DNA of 64,000 bases from Eledone cirrhosa (Eukaryota), in contig OZ024749.1 of the NCBI GenBank assembly GCA_964016885.1, positions 25,296,001 through 25,360,000 on the forward strand, given 5' to 3'. Made by a program: the position numbers and the translations under genes. The notes beneath the pieces were generated by a model. The model was not told where the DNA came from and made no database searches. It worked only from the letters and a program-made list of their open reading frames with translations. This document shows, piece after piece, positions 41,553 through 52,811 of this stretch (position 1 is the stretch's first letter; each line of letters begins with the position of its first letter).

Positions 41553-41554
<2 letters not shown>
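41366..41554. mobile_element. Short fold-back copy of the 4659-5240 family (3' half of hammerhead only)
   Basis: Palindrome GACCCCGACGGCAGAGCTCA.GCCGTTTCGACGGCTATTTC / GAAATAGCCGTCGAAACGGCTTGAGCTCTGCCGTCGGGGTC. TA-flanked. Confidence 0.85.
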
Positions 41555-41592
<38 letters not shown>

Positions 41593-41672
41593 GTACACAC
41601 AAATAACAACACAATCGGTACATTATATGGCAGGAATATATTAGGTTAACACTTGAAATAGCAGGAAGAGTG

Positions 41673-41708
41673 TCTTAACGTCTCAGACGCTAGTCCTTCA
41701 TCAGAAGA
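41673..41708 (-). ncRNA. Degenerate minimal hammerhead (GAAA mutated to GAGA)
   Basis: Minus strand: TCTT-CTGATGA-AGGAC tagc GTCT-GAGA-CG-TT-AAGA. Confidence 0.55.
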
Positions 41709-41825
41709 AAGAATGAGACATTAGATAGATTGAAGGTACAAGTGGGGTGTAATTGGAAAATGCTTTTAGAGAAAAATAACAGGTCCATTTATGTTGCCAT
41801 CACTCTCTCTATATATATATATGCT

Positions 41826-42028
41826 CGAGGGTCAGTTCAGAAATTCATAGACGGACCAAGATATGCTCATAAAATGGCCAAATGAGGTCAATTTTCAACA
41901 TAGCCACTCGAAAGAAACAATGCAGTTATTAATTAATAAGAAGAGTTGAAATTCATGACTGTAACATTTCACAGCTCAAGCATCTCTACTTCCTAATCAG
42001 CCTATAGACATTTTAACCGAACATTGTA
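41826..42028. mobile_element. Diverged mariner-type MITE
   Basis: Left TIR CGAGGGTCAGTTCAGAAATTCATAGAC resembles the 40911-41020 TIRs; the right TIR is decayed. Confidence 0.5.
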
Positions 42029-42050
42029 TGTGAAATTAGATCAATATTTA

Positions 42051-42236
42051 ACGGTGGATTGGCAGTATCGGTAGAGGGTCGGACGCCATGCTTTCCAGCA
42101 TAGTTACATCCCTTTACGGACTGAGTTCAAATCCCGCCGAGGTTAACTTTACCTTTCATCCTTACGGGGTCGATAAAATAAAGTACCAGTAATACACTGG
42201 GATAATTGCTGGCCTTGTGCCAAAAGTAGAAACAAA
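42051..42236 (+). mobile_element. tRNA-derived SINE with TSD AATATTTAAC
   Basis: Full family sequence. Confidence 0.92.
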
Positions 42237-43795
42237 TATTTAACAACGTATAGGTCCAACGTCAATGTATAAATGGCTGATACTACAAACACTATCTGCG
42301 GTGATACCACTGATCCACAAATAAAACAATATAAATATTTTGATATGCTACGCCTCTTTGTATAGTATTTTTGTAGAGCATCATTTCAACGTGGTAAGAA
42401 ACCACACAACTAAATTTGATTCCTGACAATGTCACAAAGGTATGGGTGAATAAAGGACAGTTAAGTATGAAGTATCAGTCATTCCCCCAGCTAATACACT
42501 GGCTGAAATCTTTAAAAACATAATTTTAAGCTAACAATTGTATAGTATATACAGTGATAGTTTGGCATCCTCGTAATAACGTGACACCATATGTTTCTGG
42601 TATTGAGTTCTTCATTATAATATACGTTCTGAGCTCATATTGAAAATTGTGCTTTGATTTTCATTATAACAATATTAATCAAGGCTGTATTGATTAAGGG
42701 CAAAGAATTTGGAGAGAAATGTTTTGTCGCATGTGTTCCCCCTCTTTACGTCCTGGGTTCATATCCCACCGAGATCAAATTTGTCATTCATTCTTCCAGA
42801 TTTGATAATATAAGCACCTGTCAAATACTGGGGTCGATATAATCGCCGTTCGTCTCCCAACAAATTGCAGGACTTGTGCTTAGATTAACATTCATTAAAT
42901 ATCTAAACCATTATTGCAATATATATATATATATGTATACTCTTTAATCTCCACTTTCAAACGCATTATTCAATATGCGACAAAATAGGTACCTGTTCAG
43001 TGCTATATACTCCCGCCAGAATGTAACGAATTGTTCCTATGTTAGAAATCAATGTTAAAACTTATGTGGATACTTATATCTTTGAGAAGCTGCAGTACTT
43101 CAATACTCGCAAAATTACATTTTATAATTACAGTGCAAATGGAAAGGAAGAAAAAAAGGAACATTTTCATCACTTAATTAAAATTACTATTTAGAGCGAT
43201 GCGGTAATTTACTTTAATGATATATTCAGGTGATATTTAACCAATTAAAATCAAAACTTCCTGTCCATAGAGGAAATAGTCTTGCTGTAAGAGATTATAG
43301 CTAACTGCTACATGGGTTGGTGAAGAAAGTTGGTGAAGAAAGAACTCATTTGTGAGGGTTTTAATTGATTATATAGCTTACTCTTTTAAATATTGTACAG
43401 ATCCTTTACATAAGTAAACGGTACGGCAATAGATATATATATGTGATACAGGTGGCTCATCTCCTTCGAAGTTATTTGATTAGAATAATTTAGCAAGTTA
43501 CTCAAAATCGCCACCCTCGTTTTCATATAAATTCACAGAAATATTAGATATTATATAGCATTAGTTACATAATGATTTAAAGTGCCCTATGATTTCATAA
43601 CGATTGTCATACCTTGAGCAGAGGAACGTATGTTCAATGATGGCCAAAAGGATCCGTAACAACAATATGAAATACCAGATTAACCCAAATTTCCGTCCTC
43701 TTTCGCCCATATGAGGGCAAGCAATAAAATATCTGCCTTATACTGGGGTTGATTCCCCCATTACACCTCCCATTGAATCTCTCTCTCACACTCAC

Positions 43796-43882
<87 letters not shown>

Positions 43883-44047
43883 GAAACTGAAGAATATATA
43901 TATATATATATATATATGCAAAAGTTCTATTTATATTGTTGGGATACAACAAGTAAATATTTTTATAACTGATATAGAGCACTCGACAAGTATTTGGAGT
44001 AGATATACGATATTAATAAATGGAAACTATATTTATAAAACCATATT

Positions 44048-44112
44048 TATTTCATTATACATATTTCAGGGATACCAAATTAAGTTATGGTATGCCTTCA
44101 TCAGACAAAATA
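44048..44112 (-). ncRNA. Type I hammerhead ribozyme (inverted partner)
   Basis: Reverse complement of 44719-44783. Confidence 0.85.
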
Positions 44113-44718
44113 CAATATATAACAGTTTTACAAATAAGCTTTGACGTACCCTTTTAAATTCAAATTTTAGTATATTGATCTCAATTTTTAAACTAAACAT
44201 ATAATTATTATTAAACAATGTTTAATTTCTCATATTATATATTTATGTCCCATTCATGAATATTAATATTTATATTTTTATTATTCAGTTCATATAAATT
44301 GTTAACTCAACTTAATATGACATGACGTAAAGTTTTCATTATCTCCCCCTCTCTCTATATATTATTTCTCTCTCTTGAGTCTTTCTATCTGTCTGATGAT
44401 TTGATATCTCTCTGTTGCTTTCCTCTGTTTTTCTTATTTCTTCCTTTTTTTCTTTTTTCTTTCTTTCCTCCTGTCTTTATTTATCACTTCCTTTTTTCTC
44501 CACGCATTTCTCTCTCTCCGATATTTCTCCACGTTTTTTTCTTTTTCTTTTTTCTCTCTCTCCGTCTTTTTTCTTTCTCTCCGTCTTTTTCTAATTGTCC
44601 TTAACACTAAGACTTATTAAAATAATATAAACAATTCACTATCCAGATGGCCTCCAAAAATAATGGTCGCATGTTAAAAGGGTACGTCAAAGCTTATTTG
44701 TAAAACTGTTATATATTG

Positions 44719-44783
44719 TATTTTGTCTGATGAAGGCATACCATAATTTAATTTGGTATCCCTGAAATATGTATAATGAAATA
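44719..44783 (+). ncRNA. Type I hammerhead ribozyme
   Basis: TATTTTGT-CTGATGA-AGGcATACCA-loop-TGGTATcCCT-GAAA-TATGTA-TA-ATGAAATA. Confidence 0.85.
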
Positions 44784-44822
44784 AATATGGTTTTATAAAT
44801 ATAGTTTCCATTTATTAATATC

Positions 44823-44874
<52 letters not shown>

Positions 44875-45312
44875 GAAACAGTGAAGAATATATATATATA
44901 TCAGTATATGTCATTACGTACTTCATTGAGTACTGTATATTGTTTAATTAAAATATAATTGAATATCTTTGTAAATATTCAGCTTCAATGAAATACAATT
45001 GTAACGTTCAGATTTCATCCTTTCTGTCGAATTAAAGTCAAGATGTACATTAATAGTTATATATATATATATACGATGTGTGTGTGTCTGTGTGTGTGCG
45101 CGTGTCTGTGTGTGCGTATAAATATATATACATACTGATATATATTTATATATTTATATATTACATATATATAAATACATATTATGTATATATATATAAT
45201 TATATATGTAATATATTCATAAATATATATATATACGTGTGTGTGTGTGTGAGTGTTTGTGAAAACTTATAAATATATGTATATGAATATATAAATATAT
45301 AAGCATATCAAA

Positions 45313-45388
<76 letters not shown>

Positions 45389-45567
45389 GTTGTATATATA
45401 TATATGTTATATATATATGTATATATATATAAGTAGAAGTGGTATTTAGTTTGTTGGAAGTCCGACAAACATAAATATGTATAACTGGTTTAGAGCACTC
45501 AACATATTACTGGAGTAAATATTCAATGATATTAAATAAATGGAAACTATATTTATAAAACCATATT

Positions 45568-45632
45568 TATTTTATTATATATATTTCAAAGGTAACCAAG
45601 ACAACATTGGTACGCTTTCATCAGATAAAATA
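45568..45632 (-). ncRNA. Type I hammerhead, diverged subfamily
   Basis: Minus strand: TATTTTAT-CTGATGA-AAGCGTACCA...TGGTTACCTTT-GAAA-TATATA-TA-ATAAAATA. Confidence 0.75.
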
Positions 45633-45682
45633 CAAAGTTTGTTTTATAAATAGAGACATACCTATGAAACCATACCTTATTG

Positions 45683-45747
<65 letters not shown>

Positions 45748-45749
<2 letters not shown>

Positions 45750-46221
45750 AAAGTTATATTTAAAATTGTTGGGTTACAACTAGTAAATATTTATAACTGG
45801 TATAAAAGCACTCGACAAATATTTGGAGTGTATTTACAATATTAAATAAATGGAAAACTATATTTATAAAACCATATCTATTTCATTATATATATTTCGG
45901 GGATATCATATTAACAATATGCTATGCCTTCATCAGACAAAATACAATATAAACAGTTTTATAGACAAATAGGTTCGACATACCGTTATAACACCGACTT
46001 CATTTGAAGAGGTTTACTCTGGCTGTTTACTCTGGACAGCCAGAGTAAACCTCTTCAAATGAAGTCGGTGTTATAACGGTATGTCGAACCTATTTGTCTA
46101 TAAAACTGTTTATATTGTATTTTGTCTGATGAAGGCATAGCATATTGTTAATATGATATCCCCGAAATATATATAATGAAATAGATATGGTTTTATAAAT
46201 ATAGTTTTCCATTTATTTAAT

Positions 46222-46225
<4 letters not shown>
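45748..46225. mobile_element. Fold-back PLE terminal-repeat insertion with inverted hammerheads (45879-45944 minus, 46118-46183 plus)
   Basis: Near-perfect palindrome with apex at ~46030. Both arms share the same private variants. Confidence 0.9.
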
Positions 46226-46292
<67 letters not shown>

Positions 46293-46295
<3 letters not shown>

Positions 46296-46828
46296 ATATT
46301 AAACAAATGGAAACTATATTTATAAAACCATATTTATTTTATTATATATATTTCAGGGATATCATATTAAAAATATGGTATGCCTTCCTCAGACAAAATA
46401 CAATATATAAACCGTTTTATAAATAAATTTGACATACCTTAAACATTACAACTTCCATTTAAAAAGTTGATTTGGTAAAATCAACTTTTTAAATGGAAGT
46501 TGTAATGTTTAAATCAACTTTTTGGGTAAAATCAATGTTTAAATGGAAGTTGTAATGTTTAAATCAACTTTTTAAATGGAAGTTGTAATGTTTAAGGTAT
46601 GTCAAATTTATTTATAAAACGGTTTATATATTGTATTTTGTCTGAGGAAGGCATACCATATTTTTAATATGATATCCCTGAAATATATATAATGAAATAA
46701 ATATGGTTTTATAAATATAGTTTCCATTTGTTTAATATCGTAAATCTACTCCAAAACTTGTTGAGTGCTTTTATATCAGTTATAAAATATTTACTCGTTG
46801 TAACCCAACAATTTTAAATAAAACTTTT

Positions 46829-46830
<2 letters not shown>
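46293..46830. mobile_element. Fold-back PLE terminal-repeat insertion with inverted hammerheads (46335-46400 minus, 46634-46699 plus)
   Basis: Palindrome with a reiterated apex. Core CTGAGGA...GAAA-TATATA-TA. Confidence 0.9.
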
Positions 46831-46907
<77 letters not shown>

Positions 46908-46989
46908 TATATATATATATATACACATATATATACGTTTATATACATATATATATACTTTTCACAAACACACTCACATATATAGGTAT

Positions 46990-47036
<47 letters not shown>

Positions 47037-47038
47037 CT

Positions 47039-47070
<32 letters not shown>

Positions 47071-47520
47071 TATATATTGTTATACTGCGTGAGAGATGAC
47101 AGCTATATAGGTATTATCGAATATTCTATGTGTGCGGCTATATCTTTAAGCGTGTGTATAGTTGTTTTTGTCTATGTTCATAAGGAGGGAGACTAAAATT
47201 AGATTTCCTAATTGAATTACTAACTGAAAAAGTCCATCATTGAATTTAATGCGGATATATAAAGATATGTGTTAATTTATCTTAACGATATTTTCTTCAG
47301 CGACTAATGGAATTCTTTATCATACATTGTTATTTCAACATTTATATATATATTGTTGTTTTTGTCACTGTTATAATTTTTATGATATCTTCTTGCTTTT
47401 ACACCATTGTTCATTATTGTTGTTGTCCATTTTGTGTGTTGTCTTCTTGTTGTTTCTTCTGTTCTATATTGTTCTTGTCATTGCTGTGGTATCTAGTTCA
47501 TTTTACACTAATATTTTACG

Positions 47521-47564
<44 letters not shown>

Positions 47565-47571
<7 letters not shown>

Positions 47572-48430
47572 GAGAAGAAAGAAGAATACTGCGTGGTTGC
47601 ATATAGGTTACATATGATAAAAATAGTCCTTCGTCAGTGATTTTCCAACCATCATTGGTATTTCATCGCATTAAAAATCATATACCTCAGGTTGGTGTGA
47701 GCAATAACTAAAAAAAGTTATTGGGACCAGTAAATCGCGTAATCCGAGGGGGACAAGTGAACAGCAAAGAAGGATAAAAGCAAACCAAAGAAAGGAAAAA
47801 AAGCAAGTAACATGGTTGTCCTGATCAGCATAAACTGGGTGGATTTCATGAGCGAAAGGTATAGACGTCCGACGTGAGTGAGATGTAAGCAAGAAGAGAC
47901 CCACTGTAAGCCAAACGGGAGGAAGTGAGAAGGGGAGAAACAGAGAGTGAGTGAGTGGAAGTGCGAGGAAGCAGTCAGTCGAGAGAAAGTGTAACTGACA
48001 GAGGGGACGAAAGAAGGTGAGAGAAACAGAGAGAACGGGGAAGAAGTAAGAGAGAAACAGACAAACGCAGCCGAGGTAAATATATATAAAAAAACATGAG
48101 AAGAAAGAAGTATACTGCGTGGTTGCACATGGGTTACATATGATAAAAATAGTCCTTCGTCAGTGATTTTCCAACCATCATTGGTATTTCATCGCATTAA
48201 AAATCATATACCTCAGGTTGGTGCGAGCAATAACTAAAAAAAGTAATTGGGACCAGTAATCGTGTAAACCGAAGGGGGACAATTGAACAACATAGAAGGA
48301 TAAAAGCAAACCAAAGAAAGGAAAAAAATAAGCAACATCGTTGTCCTGGTCATTATAAGCTCAGTTGATTTCATGAGCGAAAGGTACAGACGTCCGACGT
48401 GAGTGAGATGTAAGCAAGAATAGACCCACT
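47565..48430 (-). mobile_element. Two tandem copies of the permuted-hammerhead repeat family (47565-48085 and 48092-48430)
   Basis: Direct repeat with ~526-bp period separated by a short TA run. Motif copies at 47626-47727 and 48152-48253. Confidence 0.85.
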
Positions 48431-48482
<52 letters not shown>

Positions 48483-48483
48483 A

Positions 48484-49164
48484 GTCTGGCTTTCTGGAGA
48501 ATAGAGGAAAGGTGTTTCCTCAAAAACCAGTATGACTCTAAGAACCGGTTTGTCTGTGTGTCTACATACAGAATAGCTGGACACTCACAGTAAAGTGACC
48601 AGTGAAAACTCGGTACATCTACATATGTACACGTGTGTGTATTCATATGCATACTAGTATTTCAGTATACATATGTGGATGTACATTTTTAACTTAATTG
48701 TTTAAGCGTCAGTCATACAAAAGTGAGTTACAAACGAAACGAAATTTAATTTCGTTTCGTTATTTGTTTTTATCGTCTCCGTTGAACCGGTACGTACTCA
48801 CGCTCTATGCAAATTGGTCTGCCCACTACTAATTTTCATAGAAAAAGCATATAACGATATGTGCTTTCACGATTCTCTAGAGAAGCCGGAAGATAGGTAA
48901 ATATTGCTGATGAGATGTAACAACATCGAAACTAGTCCAATATTCCTTGTCTGGCTTTCTGGAGAATAGAGGAAAGGTGTTTCCTCAAAAACCAGTATGA
49001 CTCTAAGAACCGGTTTGTCTGTGTGTCTACATACAGAATAGCTGGACACTCACAGTAAAGTGACCAGTGAAAACTCGGTACATCTACATATGTACACGTG
49101 TGTGTATTCATATGCATACTAGTATTTCAGTATACATATGTGGATGTACATTTTTAACTTAATT

Positions 49165-49168
<4 letters not shown>
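48484..49168 (+). mobile_element. Retrozyme-like / non-autonomous PLE element with ~220-bp direct repeats (465-bp period)
   Basis: 48484-48703 equals 48949-49168. A hammerhead lies immediately before the second repeat. TA-flanked, no meaningful ORF. Confidence 0.8.
48900..48944 (+). ncRNA. Canonical minimal type I hammerhead ribozyme
   Basis: AATATTG-CTGATGA-GATGT aaca ACATC-GAAA-CTAG-TC-CAATATT. Perfect stems I and II, palindromic stem III, GUC cleavage after 48937. Confidence 0.92.
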
Positions 49169-49199
<31 letters not shown>

Positions 49200-49236
49200 G
49201 AGATGGAGAGAGAGAGGGGGGGGAGATAGGGAAATA

Positions 49237-49268
<32 letters not shown>

Positions 49269-49381
49269 ATAGTTGAGCATGTTAAAGCCCTTCATTTTCC
49301 TATTCTAAATATACTCCGTCATTCCTATGTGGAAGAAATTCGTAGAGTGCTTGAATTAAATTGCATCAATATTTACCGCAA

Positions 49382-49428
<47 letters not shown>

Positions 49429-49693
49429 TATATATATATATATATACATATATTAAAATATTTATTTAATTCGAGTATACACACTTCAATAGCATTCTAA
49501 ACTAAGTATGTATACCTTTTCTTGGGACACTCTGTATATATATATATATATAAATGCGCATAATAAAATACATGGAACTCATTGAACCATCTTTTGATCT
49601 TATATATTATGTATACTCAAGTCCTACAAACTTTAGAGTGCTTCTTATCCGATATCTGCATTGCTTTATTGTACTACAATAAAACTCACCTCC

Positions 49694-49775
<82 letters not shown>

Positions 49776-49994
49776 CCCCGGGTGCACCGAGTTCACCGGT
49801 GATCCAGAGTATTTACCTTTCTCAATACAGTAGTAAAGTGTAAACGTCACATGTAATATAGAAATAGCTTCTATATGACTAGAACTGTTCCTTCAAAGTG
49901 AATCATCATGATACTGTAAACGTCTTGTAGAAGCCATTTCTATATTAAAGATTTATATGTGTATGTGTATGTGTGTGTGTATGTGTGTGTGTGT

Positions 49995-50063
<69 letters not shown>

Positions 50064-50943
50064 GTGGTGGTGTTGTTGTCATCGATTTTGTTGTTTTAAT
50101 GATATCTAGTTGCTTGTACACTAAGATATATTATTGTTGTTGTTTTTGGTCTCGCTGTTGTAATTGTTGTTGTTGTTTATATTGTTTTTAGAATATTGTT
50201 TATCTTTGTTGTCTACTTTGTTGTCATTGTTATTGTTGTTGTCTTTGTTGTTATGTTGTTGTTATGTTGTCCTTTATCTTTGTCCTTTTTGCTCTTTCCA
50301 TTCTTGTTTTTGTCGTTGAGTTGTTATTACTGTTGTTGTTACTGTTGCTATCCTTCGTTTCCTTGATGCTGCCATTGCTGCTGTCATTCTTGTTGTTAAC
50401 ACACGCCTTGTCCTCGTTCTTGTTGTTGTAGTTGCTGTTGTTGTTATTGCTGGTGGTGGTGATGGTGGGGGTTTCATTTCAGCTATTTTTGTTGTTGTTA
50501 ACATCGACCTTATATTCGATTCCTACTCTCGCTGTTGTTGTTGTCATCGCTGCTGTCTTTATTGTTGTTAATACTGTCGTTCTCCTCGTTGTTCTGCTGT
50601 CCTTATTGTCCTTATATTTGTCATAGGCATTGCTAGTGTTGTTGTCAGCATTGTCATTGTTGTAACCTTTTTTTTTTTTGGTTGTCTTATGGTGTGAGCT
50701 GCGGATGTTGTTGTTGTTGATGTTGTGGTGTTGTTGTGGATTTAAATGTTCTTTAAGTTTTATAATTTTACTTCGGTTCTGTTCACACTTCACACATATT
50801 AGATGATACGATAAGATCTCGTTCTAGAGTGTACCTTTGCAAGAATGTTTACATTCTCACCCACAGTATACTCTGTGATCGATACGAAATCAGTTATAAA
50901 TTCAAGTAATAAAAAAAATGCTAGTGTTAAATAACCTAAGAGT

Positions 50944-51219
50944 CTGTGTGTCAACCAATATGGTAGTATTAAACCATGTGACTGTCTGTCAACCAATATG
51001 GTAGTATTAAACCATGTGGCTGTCTGTCAACCAATATGGTAGTATTAAACCATGTGGCTGTCTGTCAACCAATATGGTAGTATTAAACCATGTGGCTGTC
51101 TGTCAACCAATATGGTAGTATTAAACCATGTGGCTGTCTGTCAACCAATATGGTAGTATTAAACCATGTGGCTGTCTGTCAACCAATATGGTAGTATTAA
51201 ACCATGTGGCTGTCTGTCA
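50944..51219. repeat. 38-bp minisatellite, 7 copies
   Basis: CTGTCTGTCAACCAATATGGTAGTATTAAACCATGTGG repeated head to tail with no spacers. Confidence 0.95.
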
Positions 51220-52493
51220 CTCATGAAAGACATAGGGAAATGTGAATTATTTCTTATAAAGAAAACTATACATTTGATAATACAGTACTGTATAAATCTC
51301 GGCTTAATATAATAAAATAAAATAACCAAACATCATAGGCAAACCTAGATCTTTCGAAGTTACTAACCGATTTGTAAGTTTGAAAGTTCGAGCTTCGCAT
51401 ACAATGTGTGTTTTCATTTCAGGTATCTCTTAACTCAGTGCCTAGAGCACTCAGCTAATATCTAAGTAATGTGAGGTTTATTCCTTGTAGCGGCCATTGA
51501 AAGACTTCTTTTTTTTGTCTATAAATTTCTCTATCCGATTTTATAAGCGATTTATAAGAACTGCCTGTATTTTCACTTGTTTTCCGGCGCCTAATCATAT
51601 TACATTTCCAATAAAAACAAATTATAATGTCATTAAAATTTATCTGGAGTGTTTTGAGCATAAGTTCCAAAAGCTGAAATATTACTGAAACAATACCAAC
51701 TCCACAACTACATGAATACAAGTAATAACAGCCATCACACCTCAACACTACACACACTTAAGAGGTTTGTACGAAAGTGTTGTATTAGCGAGCACGAGAT
51801 GAACAGCGATAAAAACACCAACAAAACCCCAACACTACAAACACTTAAGTGGATGTTTGAAAGTGATATATTAACCAGCATAATATGAACAGCAATAACA
51901 AAAGCACCAGCAGCTCAACACTAAAACACATAAGATGTTTGTATGAAAGTGATATGTTAACCACCACAAGATGAATACTAGTAACAAACAAAAGCACCCC
52001 TCACCACTGCACACACTATACAAGTTAATATCGAAGTAGTATGTTAACCACAACAACATGAATGAATACTAGTAACAAAGAAAAGCACCCCTCAACACTA
52101 CACACACTATACAAGTTAATATCGAAGTAGTATGTTAACCACAACAACATGAATACTAGTAACAACTAAAAGCACACATCTTCACTACAAAACACCTAAG
52201 AGGTTAATATTAAAATGCTGTATTAATCGGCATAAAACAAACAACAATAACGACAACAACCACACCTCAACAACGTAAAATACTAAAGACATTAATATTA
52301 ACGAGCAGGATTAATCATCGTAACGTGAACACCACTAAAAACAGCAAGAGTCAACACTACAAACAGTGTAGAGGTTAGTATTAAAAATTGCTATTGACCA
52401 CCACAATATAAACAGCAACAATATGTGTAAGAGGAAACACTACAAACGCTATAGAGGTTAGTATTAAAAACAACTATTAACCAGCATAATAAC

Positions 52494-52681
52494 TGTTTCT
52501 ACTTTTGGCACAAGGCCAGCAATTACCCAGTGTATTACCGGTACTTTATTTTATCGACCCTGAAAGGATGAAAGGCAATGTTAATCTCGGCGGGATTTGA
52601 ACTCAGATAATAAAGGGAGGTAACTCTATGCTTCAAAGCATGACGTCCGACCCTCTACCAATACTGCCAATCCACCGCCCT
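52494..52681 (-). mobile_element. tRNA-derived SINE directly downstream of a 5S rRNA sequence
   Basis: Full family sequence. Confidence 0.92.
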
Positions 52682-52691
52682 AAAATAGTAA

Positions 52692-52811
52692 ACGCTTACA
52701 GCACCTAGGGTTCCCAAACGGTCACCCATCTAAGTACTAACTAGGCTCGACGTTGCTTAACTTCGGTGATCGGACGAGAACCGGTGATTTCAGCGTGATA
52801 TGGCCGTAAAC
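52692..52811 (-). rRNA. 5S rRNA sequence (full length, probably a retroposed copy)
   Basis: Minus strand GTTTACGGCCATATCACGCTGAAATCACCGGTTCTCGTCCGATCACCGAAGTTAAGCAACG...GTACTTAGATGGGTGACCGTTTGGGAACCCTAGGTGCTGTAAGC, with box A and box C intact. Confidence 0.93.

Larger units (their letters stand above)
43918..44824 (+). mobile_element. 5'-truncated PLE insertion: inverted terminal repeat + 3' UTR + terminal repeat (same family as 57455-61090)
   Basis: 44004-44153 is the reverse complement of ~44675-44824. The internal part matches 60320-60900 (e.g. CATTCATGAATA, GTTCATA..AATTG). HHRs at 44048-44112 (-) and 44719-44783 (+). Confidence 0.85.

Noticed and set aside
49856-49946. Hairpin with hammerhead-like ATGATGA-TTCA/TGAA-GGAA on the minus strand (relative at ~3320-3375)
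   Set aside because: Two core mismatches and no stem I make it too decayed to call.
50944-51219. CRISPR-like array of 38-bp repeats
   Set aside because: Units are contiguous with no spacers, the context is eukaryotic and there are no cas genes.
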